From Stylophora pistillata (lineage: Eukaryota), in NCBI RefSeq assembly GCF_002571385.2, contig NW_019218013.1:215422-279421 (forward strand): 64,000 nucleotides of DNA, given 5' to 3'. Under the pieces are notes generated by a model. The model was not told the origin of the DNA. It saw nothing but the letters and a program-made list of their open reading frames with translations, and did no database searches. This document shows positions 27,848 to 39,500 of the stretch, piece after piece (position 1 is the stretch's first letter; each line of letters begins with the position of its first letter). The position numbers were made by a program, and so were the translations under genes.

Positions 27848-27924
27848 AGTTACGTAAAAAGTTACGTAAAAGTAGAAAGCAATTTTTTCAATCGAGTGTC
27901 GAGACTATGCTGGAATTAGGGCTG

Positions 27925-28138
27925 ATAGTTTCTAAAGAAACTGTTTGGAGCTGCGTCGGTGGGGGTAACGAAATAATTTGGATATATCAACAAAGTTGAA
28001 ATGGTAAACTGGCCACCGTAACGATTACAAAAGCTAACATTCCGAGCGTTAGCCCTTCGTCGAAGGGCTGACGCTCGAAACGTCAGCTTTTGTAATCGTT
28101 ACGGTGGCCAATTTACCATTTCAACTTTGTTAATATAT
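27925..28138. mobile_element. Penelope-like pLTR palindrome just downstream of the CHSY1 stop
   Basis: Near-perfect inverted arms of about 78 bp (27982-28138) centred at about 28060; same family as 33575. Confidence 0.7.
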
Positions 28139-28433
28139 GCTGGAATTAGATTGGTTTCGCTGTGCTTCGCTCCGTGATTCGCGGGGGGAGCTTGCACCTC
28201 CTTTTCGACTAATCGAATAATATGAAACATACGTTTCTTCCTGCGCTGCAGGCCATGTGCTTATTTTTTAGTTCGAGGTCTCATTCGCTCCATGGGACAT
28301 TTCTTTTGTTCAAATTGGCTGTTAATATTATCATTAACATCTCTGAATCATTACTGGTGTCTGTATCATTGTCATTATTATTATTATTATTACTATTGTT
28401 TATTCATTTCTTTCTTCTGTGTGTGTGTGTGTG

Positions 28434-29311
28434 NNNNNNNNNNNNNNNNNNNNNNNNNNNNNNNNNNNNNNNNNNNNNNNNNNNNNNNNNNNNNNNNNNN
28501 NNNNNNNNNNNNNNNNNNNNNNNNNNNNNNNNNNNNNNNNNNNNNNNNNNNNNNNNNNNNNNNNNNNNNNNNNNNNNNNNNNNNNNNNNNNNNNNNNNNN
28601 NNNNNNNNNNNNNNNNNNNNNNNNNNNNNNNNNNNNNNNNNNNNNNNNNNNNNNNNNNNNNNNNNNNNNNNNNNNNNNNNNNNNNNNNNNNNNNNNNNNN
28701 NNNNNNNNNNNNNNNNNNNNNNNNNNNNNNNNNNNNNNNNNNNNNNNNNNNNNNNNNNNNNNNNNNNNNNNNNNNNNNNNNNNNNNNNNNNNNNNNNNNN
28801 NNNNNNNNNNNNNNNNNNNNNNNNNNNNNNNNNNNNNNNNNNNNNNNNNNNNNNNNNNNNNNNNNNNNNNNNNNNNNNNNNNNNNNNNNNNNNNNNNNNN
28901 NNNNNNNNNNNNNNNNNNNNNNNNNNNNNNNNNNNNNNNNNNNNNNNNNNNNNNNNNNNNNNNNNNNNNNNNNNNNNNNNNNNNNNNNNNNNNNNNNNNN
29001 NNNNNNNNNNNNNNNNNNNNNNNNNNNNNNNNNNNNNNNNNNNNNNNNNNNNNNNNNNNNNNNNNNNNNNNNNNNNNNNNNNNNNNNNNNNNNNNNNNNN
29101 NNNNNNNNNNNNNNNNNNNNNNNNNNNNNNNNNNNNNNNNNNNNNNNNNNNNNNNNNNNNNNNNNNNNNNNNNNNNNNNNNNNNNNNNNNNNNNNNNNNN
29201 NNNNNNNNNNNNNNNNNNNNNNNNNNNNNNNNNNNNNNNNNNNNNNNNNNNNNNNNNNNNNNNNNNNNNNNNNNNNNNNNNNNNNNNNNNNNNNNNNNNN
29301 NNNNNNNNNNN
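28434..29311. other. Assembly gap (N run), preceded by (TG)n
   Basis: Run of N. Confidence 0.99.
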
Positions 29312-31694
29312 AGGGCAGGGAAGGCAGAAAATGTTCGTACACGTGATCAGTCTGTAAACTATGCATGACAAAGCAAAAACTCAATGAGAGGAGATAATAT
29401 GTTGTGGCCGTGTCAAAATTCGTTTGTAAGAAAGTGTTCAATAGGCTTTAAATATCTAACAGGAAGCCATTTGCGGCCAGTTCAATTCGAAAAGGTGAAC
29501 GCTCTTGCTGTAATCACCAAGGTTGCACAGGGGGATCATAGCGAGAAATAGAGCTGAAAATCTTTCGAATCACATGGGTAATTATATTCATGATAATTAT
29601 TGAAGAAATTCGTACTCTCCTTGGCCAGGTTATATCTGAAGTTGCTAAGAATCGATCACCGACTCCGTTTGTGGTTCAGTGGATTTTACGTCACATACCG
29701 GACATTGACAAGTGGAGATCGTTTATACCTGATACACAACACACACCCAATCACGCAGCCGTCAACGAGTTGCTGAATCAGTTCTTTAGCAATTCAGCCT
29801 TCCCTGCAAGGTACAGTCAAACAATCTGTAACCACTAAAGCGCTTTTTAGTTGAGTGTCTTGAAAATCAAAACAAATGCCAGAAAAACAAAACAAACGTA
29901 AGTATTACAATGAACCAATAAAAAATCCACCAAAACTCTGCAAGCTACATAAAGTACAGGTGAAGAAGTTGAGATTGGTTCAGTTTGCATTTGCATGGTA
30001 ACAAAAGAATATGGTTTATAATCTCTTGATGGTAGAGTGTATCGTGCGACTTTTAGACTAATTGCAACATGCAGCGAAGTAAAACAATTGCAGTCGTGGA
30101 TTACCTTTGACGCTCGTTTGAAAATTGCGCCATTCTTCTCAAACATATGCCGCTTAGGCTTCTGATCATCGTAATGAGAATGTTTTCGTCGTGCAGTTAC
30201 CAGCGAGACCATACTCTGAGTACAGCTGTGGGTGGGGATGTCATTAGAGTATTTCAGGAAATTCCCGAGAAAAGATTTGCCTAGGAAGGCGTCTCCAGAT
30301 TTCTCGTAGTGGAAAAAGATGGCGTCGAGGATAGTAAAATAGTTATTGTAACTGTAGCAATATCAATTTGCCCAGGTTTAGAGAGATCCTTTTTTTTAGA
30401 TACTTTAGCACTCATGTATGCGTGTACCTCTGAGCATCTGAAAGTCTGACAAGTAATTTTTTTTCTCTTTTGATTTCATTTGGTAACAGTGAAAACCACG
30501 AAAAGATCTGTCCCTCAATGTTCTCTTCAGTCTGGCACTGGGTTATTTAAGATGTATACTACCATTCGATTCAGAGTATCTACAAATCTCCTTAACATTT
30601 ATCAATTGCATAAATACTCATGCGCAGCGTTATGAATTGCCTTGAACTTAATAATAAGTACTTTGAAACTAATGCGATATTCAATAGGTAACCGATGTAG
30701 AGAGCGCAACACAGGCGTTATGTGGTCATATCAAGAGATGTTACGAATACTACGAGCAGTTGAATTCTGAACACGTTGTAAATAAAACAGGTGGAAGCTA
30801 TGCGCTTTCGTACAAGATTTGAATTAGTTACGATATAACTTGGTACTTGACTCTGCTTACATATCCATAATTTTTCACGTATACTTTTCCCAGTCAAGCT
30901 AATTGGGATGAACATTGTACGAATGTATCCAGTGCCTTGCATCACGTGTTAAACGCGTCGCAGTGGGAATCAAAAGCAGTACCTTCCGATCATCTACAGG
31001 TAATCTGATTAACATGAAAGTTCTCCCCATAGTATCCATACATTATCCAGCAAACAGGTAATGAGAATAATCAAATTTATCAGGTAGAAGTTGTTATCCT
31101 GATCTAACACCAAATTCTCATAACTGATTTAAAAGAAATGTGAAGCAGCAAGAAGGGAGAATTAACAATTAGATCGCGGGAGTTAAAGGGTTAAATTCCA
31201 AACTGCAAAGAGAAGTTAACTGTAAACAGACAGTGGAAGCTAATATGATAATATGTTAATTTGCTCATGCAGAGTGTATATATATTGCGTTGCGCCTCCT
31301 TACTAGTCCTTAGTGACTGCTAGGTTGTGTAACTGAAAGAAATTAGGCATGTTTGATTTTGGAACCAAGCAAAACTATGAAAGGAAAAAGTGGATCGGCA
31401 TATGGGAATTAAGATAGAAGTTATTGTAAACCTCTTTTAAGGGTTGAAAGACCAAGACTAAAGTTAAGTCAATCACAACAAAGCGAAATATTAAGAACTT
31501 AATAGAACATGAATTTGCTCGAAGCGCGGGGAAACGGGCGAGTAAGGTACGGTTTTAGTTTTCCATCTGATCAGTCGAGAGGCTGGGCCGAGTTTCTAGA
31601 CCAATCAGAGAACACAGTGGAGCAAATCCAGTGCAATGTTGGATTGTCTTTCATCACGACGGCAATGACATTTATTTTTCACGGGCATTGTTTA

Positions 31695-31968
31695 AAGAAA
31701 TAATTTGGATTTATCAACAAAGTTGAAATGGTAAATTGGCCAGGAACGCTTTTCATTCCAGGGATCAACGAACGCTTTTCATTCCACTAATTTTTTCTTT
31801 TTTTTTCTCGTTGCCATGTCCCACCAAAACGTAGCTCCATTTTCTGCCTTTAAAAGCACCCACAACCCACAATTCCTCTATTCGCTCCGTCGAAGGGCTG
31901 ACGCTCGAAACGTCAGCTTTTGTAATCGTTACGGTGGCCAATTTACCATTTCAACTTTGTTAATATAT
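31695..31968 (+). mobile_element. 5'-truncated Penelope-like retroelement 3' end with an inverted pLTR fragment
   Basis: 31761-31790 encodes GINERFSFH*, which resembles the C-terminus of cnidarian PLE GIY-YIG ORFs. It is followed by a degenerate hammerhead (CCGTCGAAGGGCTGACGCTCGAAACGTCAGC) and the pLTR tail; an inverted tail fragment lies at 31700-31742. Confidence 0.7.
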
Positions 31969-32183
31969 GCTGGAATTAGATTGGTTTCGCTGTGCTTCGC
32001 TCCGTGATTCGCGGGGGGAGCTTGCACCTCCTTTTCGACTAATCGAATAATATGAAACATACGTTTCTTCCTGCGCTGCAGGCCATGTGCTTATTTTTTA
32101 GTTCGAGGTCTCATTCGCTCCATGGGACATTTCTTTTGTTCAAATTGGCTGTTAATATTATCATTAACATCTCTGAATCATTA

Positions 32184-32318
32184 NNNNNNNNNNNNNNNNN
32201 NNNNNNNNNNNNNNNNNNNNNNNNNNNNNNNNNNNNNNNNNNNNNNNNNNNNNNNNNNNNNNNNNNNNNNNNNNNNNNNNNNNNNNNNNNNNNNNNNNNN
32301 NNNNNNNNNNNNNNNNNA
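32184..32318. other. Assembly gap (N run)
   Basis: Run of N. Confidence 0.99.
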
Positions 32319-33574
32319 CTTGGGGTTCAAAATCGGTGTGGCTCGGGGACCAAAATCGGGTTAGTTTGGGGACCATCAGCGGTTATGGCATAAGAACCGA
32401 AATCGTTTCTGGCCCTTAAGTCATTTAATAGTGCTGAACTTCTTCAAGGCAGGTCAAATTGATACTATACACAGGTTCCTTTCTTAATAATGGGAAATTT
32501 CCCGAATGTATTGCTCGGCACTTTAATTTAGCTCACTATCATCAAGTCTATTTAAAACCATATTTGTGAAGCAGTTTATTCCTTTGTTAAAGGGGGGGTG
32601 GGGGGGGATTTTGAGACAATAACGAAACTTCGCTCTTTTACCAGAAGTTTTGAGTAATTTTTTAGAATTTAATTATTAAACGCGAAGTGCGCTAGAGAAT
32701 GGCATGGCAATCGTGATTGGGAAATTTCCTCTATAGCCTTTCTGTTGATCGTGTCGTTCGAAGTTGCCAAATATTTTGTCGTACTTGATATCTAGGATGT
32801 GTTTTTAGCTATTTATAACACTAGATATTAAAGTCATAATAGATGTTTACTCGAGAGTCCTGTAATTGAATTTTCCAACCAATATTTGCTGTTCTTGCAG
32901 TAAGCGCAAAAGGGTGGAAACAAGTAACTCTTTTCAGGAGTGTTAGACAAAATTATCCCTCCCCGTGTTTTCCAGTTCACTCTTTACCACCTCGTTAACA
33001 GCATGGTATCTCATGGTTAACAGCCCTATCTGTCTGAAGTCAAACCAGTCATACGGGCGTGGTCTAGAAGTTGAACTCCGGACTGGTAGTCAGAATAGCA
33101 CTCCATCCTAGGACCCCTCAATTACGATCCGACACGGTCAACGCTTGATCCACTAATTAAGGCTACTGGTTGCTGAAGACATCTAACTCAATAGCCCCAA
33201 TAGCACAATTGTGTACCCTGGTAAAGATTCGTGACCCTGAAAACCTTTTCCTGCCCAGCGAAATATACTGGGTTGGGAGTATACTAGAAAAAGTGGGTTA
33301 CCGCTCGGTACGCCCTGACAAGATGAACCTACGAAAATCGCTGGTGTTTTGTACTATTAGTTATCTCTGAAAAAGGAAAGTTGCGATCATAGTAGAAGAT
33401 TTTTTTTTTTTTTACTGAAAAAGACAATGTATAGAAAATAAATAATAAAAAGAAAAACTCAAGGGAAGAGTCTAATTGTCTATTTTGTGTGTGTCAAATT
33501 TACTTTTTGGGATTTGAAACTTAGATTTTCACTCTACAAAAAAAAAAGCCTTGCACTTACCAATGATATAAGTC

Positions 33575-33726
33575 CCCGTTAAGAGTTAAAAAGCTGACGT
33601 TTCGAGCGTCAGCTCTTCGTCAGAGCGAAACGAAGGGCTGACACTCGAAACGTTAGCTTTTTAACTCTTTACGGTGGCCAATTTACAATTTCAAATTAGG
33701 TAACCAAATTACCTTGTTACCCCCAT

Positions 33727-33758
<32 letters not shown>

Positions 33759-33770
33759 TTCACCCTTTAC
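33575..33770. mobile_element. Penelope-like element inverted pLTR relic (palindromic, hammerhead-bearing)
   Basis: Inverted arms AAGAGTTAAAAAGCTGACGTTTCGAG.. / ..CTCGAAACGTTAGCTTTTTAACTCTT, followed by the family tail also seen at 8390, 27925, 31700, 48375 and 55835. Confidence 0.7.
33593..33626 (-). ncRNA. Minimal type I hammerhead ribozyme in a Penelope-like pLTR
   Basis: Minus strand reads GCU CUGACGA A GAGC-UGAC-GCUC GAAA CGUC AGC: CUGANGA and GAAA core, 4-bp helix II, palindromic ACGU in place of helix III, GUC cleavage triplet, helix I GCU/AGC. Confidence 0.72.
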
Positions 33771-34029
33771 CATAATATAGTTTGCTGAAATAAACTATCA
33801 TGCTGTTTTTCTCTCGTTATTCACCCTATTGACGCTAACGTTTCCCTTTGAACTTTCAACACTTTGAAGTATCATCCCGTTCCATGCATCAAGTGGCTAA
33901 TAACTTGTGTTGATCCATCAAACATCTCGTAACTGTTCACCCTTGAAGTATCGCACCGTTCATTCGTTTTAAAACACGTGATCTTCTTCATCCAAAAATT
34001 TTTTCGTTAAAAAGTTCCGATCTGAAAGA

Positions 34030-34450
34030 TTTAAAAATGCTTTTCATTCTAACGTGAGGGTCAGGCTGTGGAATGAGTTAACAGACTTCTTAAGAGACCC
34101 ACCAAGGAAATAGTTTCGGACAAAACTCAATGATATTTCGTTTGGTATCATCTGACAAGTCTGACAAACGAAGACAATAACTTAGATACTGAAACAATTA
34201 TGACAAAAGTAGAATATTGTAAATAGTTATGTGATATCCGAGCTTTTACTTAATAATTTCATTTTCGACCTATTTCTTGATAGTAAAATTTGTTAAATTG
34301 TAAGTACTTCCCAACACTGCATATAAATCAAATTTAGTTTAGGCAGCTTAGCCGAGATAGTTTACCGTAGTTACTAACCCGCCTTGGACTAGCTATGGCT
34401 GTTTGTGGGTCAGAAAATGTGGACTTGATTACATATTACATATTACATAG
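34030..34450 (+). mobile_element. 5'-truncated CR1/L2-clade LINE 3' end
   Basis: Decayed ORF2 C-terminus-like peptide (..VRLWNEL..LRD...FRTKL..EDNNLDTETIM..), followed by a 3' UTR ending in (TTACATA)n repeats at about 34428-34449. Confidence 0.55.
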
Positions 34451-34897
34451 TTATAGGAAAATCGAATATAAGGAAATGTGTTGAGACAAAGGCAGCTTTT
34501 CTTAACGGGTGTAATGTAACCTAGCGGCGTGCGTTTCCCTTGTTCATTTTCTCTATCATGATCATCCTTCCCTCTTTGTGTTTTTCTGTTAATCGGTAAA
34601 ATTGTTTCACGAAGTTCGTGCGTGAAAATTCACACGTAACACTTCTTTTTCTGGCACCTGCTGTAGTGATTCCTCAAATATTTTAATTCTGCTGCACTGT
34701 TTAATATTATTATTTATGAAAAACACAAAAACAAAAACATCATAAAAAAAAACAAGCTACGTATATAACGCGTATCTAATTTGAGTTAAATTGCGTGACC
34801 AAAGAAATAAGATTCACCGCCCAATCAGAGTATCAGACTCGAAGCTCAGAAGTTGAGACTTTGGTTTCCCTTATTAGAACTCGCTTGAAAATCTACC

Positions 34898-35749
34898 ATG
34901 AAGCGCTATTATTACGGTCTGATAGGTACTCTTTTGGCTCTTGTCACGAGCTGTGTTCCTTTAGTTATTCTCGTAGCAGCAAGTTTTTGCGGCAAGGAGA
35001 AGGCATCTGCCTTGATTCACTGGATTGTCTCGAATGCCTTTTCCGCCGTCATCACAAAGAAGACTGACAGTGGACTGACAAGATGGTATTTGAAGGATAT
35101 TGAACTTACTCGCTCAGAACGGTTGATGAGGAAACTTTTTTCAAGCCTTTTTGGGCTGTTCTTTACGATGTTCACCCTTGCTTCGAGTGTGTTCTGGGAA
35201 ACCTTGCTTCTCGATGTAAGCTACGGTTGCAAACCGGATGATGCTTCCATGTCTATGGAATGCTTCGAATACAACATCAAGGAAAATGTGGAGTTCTGGA
35301 GAGCGTTTTCAAGGTTTGGAGAATATCCGATCGATTGCAACAGTCCTAAGTATCTTAATGGATCTGTGGGTGTGATTTGCTACCAAATGGTCTTCAACAT
35401 TGGCGCTGCTTCGGGGGCCAGCTACGGTGGGTTTAAACTGGCTATGATTGCAGTCAATGCAGCTACCAGTGCTATGTTGCTGCATAAACGATCAGGCACT
35501 GTAAACAGAACGAGAATCTTTATTGCTGTGCTACTCGTTACAGTGTACGTGGCTTTCGTAGTTTCGCAAGTCGTTGAAACGGAGAAGGGGCCATCTAGTT
35601 TAATCGTCATGATCGATTCACACAATGTGGCGATTTATCTTCAAGTGATTATGGGATTGGGTGCCATCTTGTCATTCGTGTATTACATTCCTTGGAAGCA
35701 ACTCGTTGCTTTCCAAAGTAATTTGTATCTTTATGATCCCATACTTTAA
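34898..35749 (+). CDS. Uncharacterised intronless multi-pass membrane protein (283 aa) with a Cys-containing loop
   Basis: Uninterrupted 852-nt ORF with start context ACCATGA; about 5 hydrophobic segments; four Cys in the loop between TM2 and TM3. I cannot name a family. Confidence 0.75.
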   Translation: MKRYYYGLIGTLLALVTSCVPLVILVAASFCGKEKASALIHWIVSNAFSAVITKKTDSGLTRWYLKDIELTRSERLMRKLFSSLFGLFFTMFTLASSVFWETLLLDVSYGCKPDDASMSMECFEYNIKENVEFWRAFSRFGEYPIDCNSPKYLNGSVGVICYQMVFNIGAASGASYGGFKLAMIAVNAATSAMLLHKRSGTVNRTRIFIAVLLVTVYVAFVVSQVVETEKGPSSLIVMIDSHNVAIYLQVIMGLGAILSFVYYIPWKQLVAFQSNLYLYDPIL

Positions 35750-38007
35750 AATTTTTATCCCAATTTTCCCAACCATTAAAAATTCAGAGTTCTAAATATT
35801 GTTTTGAAGATTGTATGATTTGAGGGTTGTAAGCTCTCTGATGAGGTGTGGGTGGGGAATAGCTTGGTCATAAGAGAGCTCTTTTGAAGGATTACCAGTC
35901 ACTAAACGACAACCACCTCACCAGCACCATTAGTCAACTCACTGACATCTTCAGTCAATTTGCTGACTCCACTGTTCAACTTACGAACAACTTCATCAAA
36001 GCATGACCCCTATTGTATTCTGTGCCAAACAGTTATTGAGATGTTAATGAATTTGACATACGGTCAAGGATATAGGCAAAGTGACCAAATACAATTGTCG
36101 GCAAGTTGAATAGTGATGTCAGGGAGTTGACATGTCAGCAAAGTGACTGGGTAATGTTTGAAGGCTAGGGGTTATGCAATAGAGTAGCCTGTCTGGTAGA
36201 AAAGGAGGATGAAAAGGGTACCCCCCCCCAACCTTGTGCATTCTCGACTGCTCATTGTGGCCTTGCACCTGCCTCTCAGGCTAAGTGTAGAGGAATTTCT
36301 GAGTAGTAACCTTGCTCATTTACATCCTTTCAATATTTAATTATAAACTAAAGAAAGATAGAATATCATTAGAATTATATTTCTCTATGTTAATAAATAT
36401 TATGAACAATGAAGGATATTTTTGGAACTTGGCACATCAGAGGAAGTGATATACCTCCTAAGATGCAATAACTATACTTTTGAAAAATGGACATCTGAAT
36501 ATGCAGCAGGCTGCCAAAAGGTTCTAATCTGCATTAATTTCAGGTTTGACAGTTTTTATAAGTGTTTGATAAAGACATCTGAGGTAAACTTGTTCAACCA
36601 CCACAACTGGCACTGTGCTTGTAAACATCCTTGAAAATCTATCTAGTTAAAAGTAATGTGTACAAAGAAGAAACTATTCGAAAATTAAATGCTAGAGATC
36701 ATCTGATCCCACTTCAAAGTCTAGTGTAACAGCAATGTTCAATAAATACGATCAGCAAGCAACCATACACTCTTTGCATCATTTCTACATCAATTAATGA
36801 GGGTGTTGTCAATTAAATTACTAAATCTTCAAATGAAAATTTAGGATAGAGTTTTCAAGAAAGGAATTTATTCCCAAGAAGCAGGTAGATCTACCAGTTT
36901 GTAAAGAGCTGACTGTACCCTTTGTTGCTTTCACTCAGATGTAATTTGTACACACGGGAATGATTTTCTTCAAATTTAATGAAAAAAAAAATAGAGGCCG
37001 AAAACGCAGGAATATCCCTCTAGGCACAGCCACAAATTCAAAATTTTCCAGGGGTACATGCCTCAGACCCTCCAGGAACAGATGGGCCTTGTATAATACT
37101 ATTAAAATCTCTGAAAGGTAAAGTTATATAGGCACAAATCTGTCAAAAAGCTCTGCTTCTTACTACGAATATTTTTATCTTGGTACACCTCATGTTACAA
37201 ACTTGAAAATCAACAGTAATTCCCACAAAACTCCCTTCCTATCTTGTAGTGATTGAGGCGAATGAAGGCAGGCTGATATAAAAGTACAAGGAAATAAATT
37301 TTGTTCAAAATAAATATTAAAATAAGCATATTTTATAATGATGTAAATATGTTATCGATTTATTTCATACTAGGATAGTTTAAATGCTCAGTGATAAGAC
37401 AAAGCTGTCAATGCTATTCTTTTTGACAGCTTCACTTCCAAAATTTCTGTAAAAAAATTGCTCAGCTTATAGGTAACTGATTACCCTGATATATGTTAAA
37501 TGCAGTAACTTCTAAAAAGTGCAGAGGTCAAAATTTGGTAAGGTGCATGGAGAACTAAAGGAGATAATGTCTTCTTATGGCAGGCAGGTCCAATAAGGTA
37601 TTCTTTTGTCAATGTCTTGTGGTTATGTTATTAATGTTAATTTATCAATAGGAATCGAGAATGAATCTTGCAAACCACCAGGAAAAGACTCACTATTTTC
37701 ACCCTAACAACAAAATGTATATTCTCCGTACATTTTCTTAGGTGTTGACAGGGAGAATGTGTTTACCAATCAAGAGGTTTCTTTTGATGGTGATCATTTT
37801 CTTTATTCTCCTGACCTTAATGGTTGATTCAGGGGTGATAATGTAAGGAGAAATTAGATGCTAGTCACTCTTAGAGGTCAAAGGGTGAGAGTGACCAGGA
37901 TTTCAAAGGTGAAAATATGTGCAAGTACAAAATTTAAGTAACAAAATTGTGGTGGTGAAAGTACCACTTTTTTAACTGATTTAGTAGCATTGGTTTTTGT
38001 CTTCCCC

Positions 38008-39500
38008 CTATGCAAGTTCGCCGTCATCTTCATTTGTAAGCAGTCCATACTTTTGACGAATTGCGTCAGTTCTGATTTTCCTTTCTGCTCTTCTCTCAGC
38101 ATTTCGTTTCTGTGCCTCTTCCCGTCTTTTCTGCATCTTTCTGTCTTCTCTTTGGTAATTTCGTTGTCTGCGTTTTCGACAGCACAGACAGTAAACACAG
38201 CAGCCAGTTAACACGAGGACCACAAAAACCACACTTGGAATGACATAAATTAGAACAGAACCTAAAGTAGAAAAATATAATGTACAATGACGTTAAAATC
38301 ACTAAGAAAAGTAGAAAAGAAAACAAATCAACGCAAAACAAGAAAAACGAATGTTTAAAGTGGAATTGTAGATACAGAGTTGTCATGGTGTCAAGTTTGC
38401 AGATGCTTAATGGAAAAAGAAATGCAATTAATAACCCTTATTAATGAAAAATGATTAAAAAACTCCAATCTGCTGGAGGAAAACCAGTTAGCTAAGTTCT
38501 AGTGTGGTAGGGGAGTTAACTCAGCTGCTGTCAGATTAGGACTCACGCCCAAGACCACCTCTGGGCTGTAAGTCCAACACATTACCACCCAGCAATACTG
38601 TCTGTCAAGTGTCTGCATTTGCTGTTGGCTGCTTATGGGAAAGAGTCAATAAAGAAGTGGCCATTCATCTTTAAGTACTGGTATCAAGAGTTTGACTGTC
38701 CCTTTATCAATGAAGTCCAAACTAGGACCTATTGATAGACTTCATGAGCTATTACAGTTAGTATTACTAATATTTCAGTTTCAAATTAATGACGATGAAC
38801 TTTTATGATGAACTTTATTCATGTGTCAATTATAAAATAGCAGTGATAAAACCACTAAGTAATAACACAACAAGATAATTTAAATAAAATAATAAAAACC
38901 TAAGTATTGATATACGATTAAATAACATAAAATATACGCTTATGAAAATGCTTATGAAAACGCTTCTGAAAATGAAATTTCACTAACATCATAAGACACT
39001 CAAAAGGGTCACTTCCGATACGACTTAATTCTACCCCTATTCCTTCGATGACATCTACCTTTTGGAGAAATTGAATGATAAAGTTTAAGTATTGAAACAT
39101 TACCTGCAACAAAGCACTGCTTCCAATACCATTTATTTCCATTGCAGTTGTGAGGAATGATCTTGATGCTCGCCTTGTACTTCTTACATGAGACATCCGC
39201 GGCGCACCAAAAGCAACTGACATCTTTGACACAGTCACCACATGATGTGTTCTTCTGTGAACAGGTCGTTTCAGTTGTTGGACTTGAAGTTGGTGGACTA
39301 AATGTGCTTGTTCTATTGTTACTTGTGGTAGTCAAGACCGTAGTACTTGGCGATGAGCTTTTCGAACGTGTCGGAGAAAGTGGAGTTGTCGAAGGTGTCG
39401 GTCGCTTTGTTGCCGTAGCAGTCGTGGTCGAAATGTTGCTTGTAGACACACAGCTCCTGATACAGATAACAACGAAAATACACAATACGAAGCTCTTCAT
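38008..39500 (-). CDS. PTTG1IP: PTTG1IP/PBF-like type I membrane protein with Ser/Thr mucin stalk and PSI domain, about 216 aa, 2 exons
   Basis: Exons 39500-39104 and 38261-38008. Signal peptide; S/T-rich region; PSI domain (NTSCGDCVKDVSCFWC...C...WYWKQC); TM; Cys cluster CCVYCLCC; basic helix ending IRQKYGLL. Confidence 0.85.

Noticed and set aside
28222-29441. Long ORFs of 300-370 aa in the ORF track
   Set aside because: They run through the N gap and are artefacts.
29312-31690. Inter-gap contig with a YY1-like AAGATGGCG (about 30316) and a donor-like CAG|GTAA (about 30999)
   Set aside because: No supportable coding frame and the placement of the contig is uncertain.
33040-33150. Possible tRNA gene (similar sequence at about 38480-38600)
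   Set aside because: Only decayed SINE-like head sequence; no complete cloverleaf.
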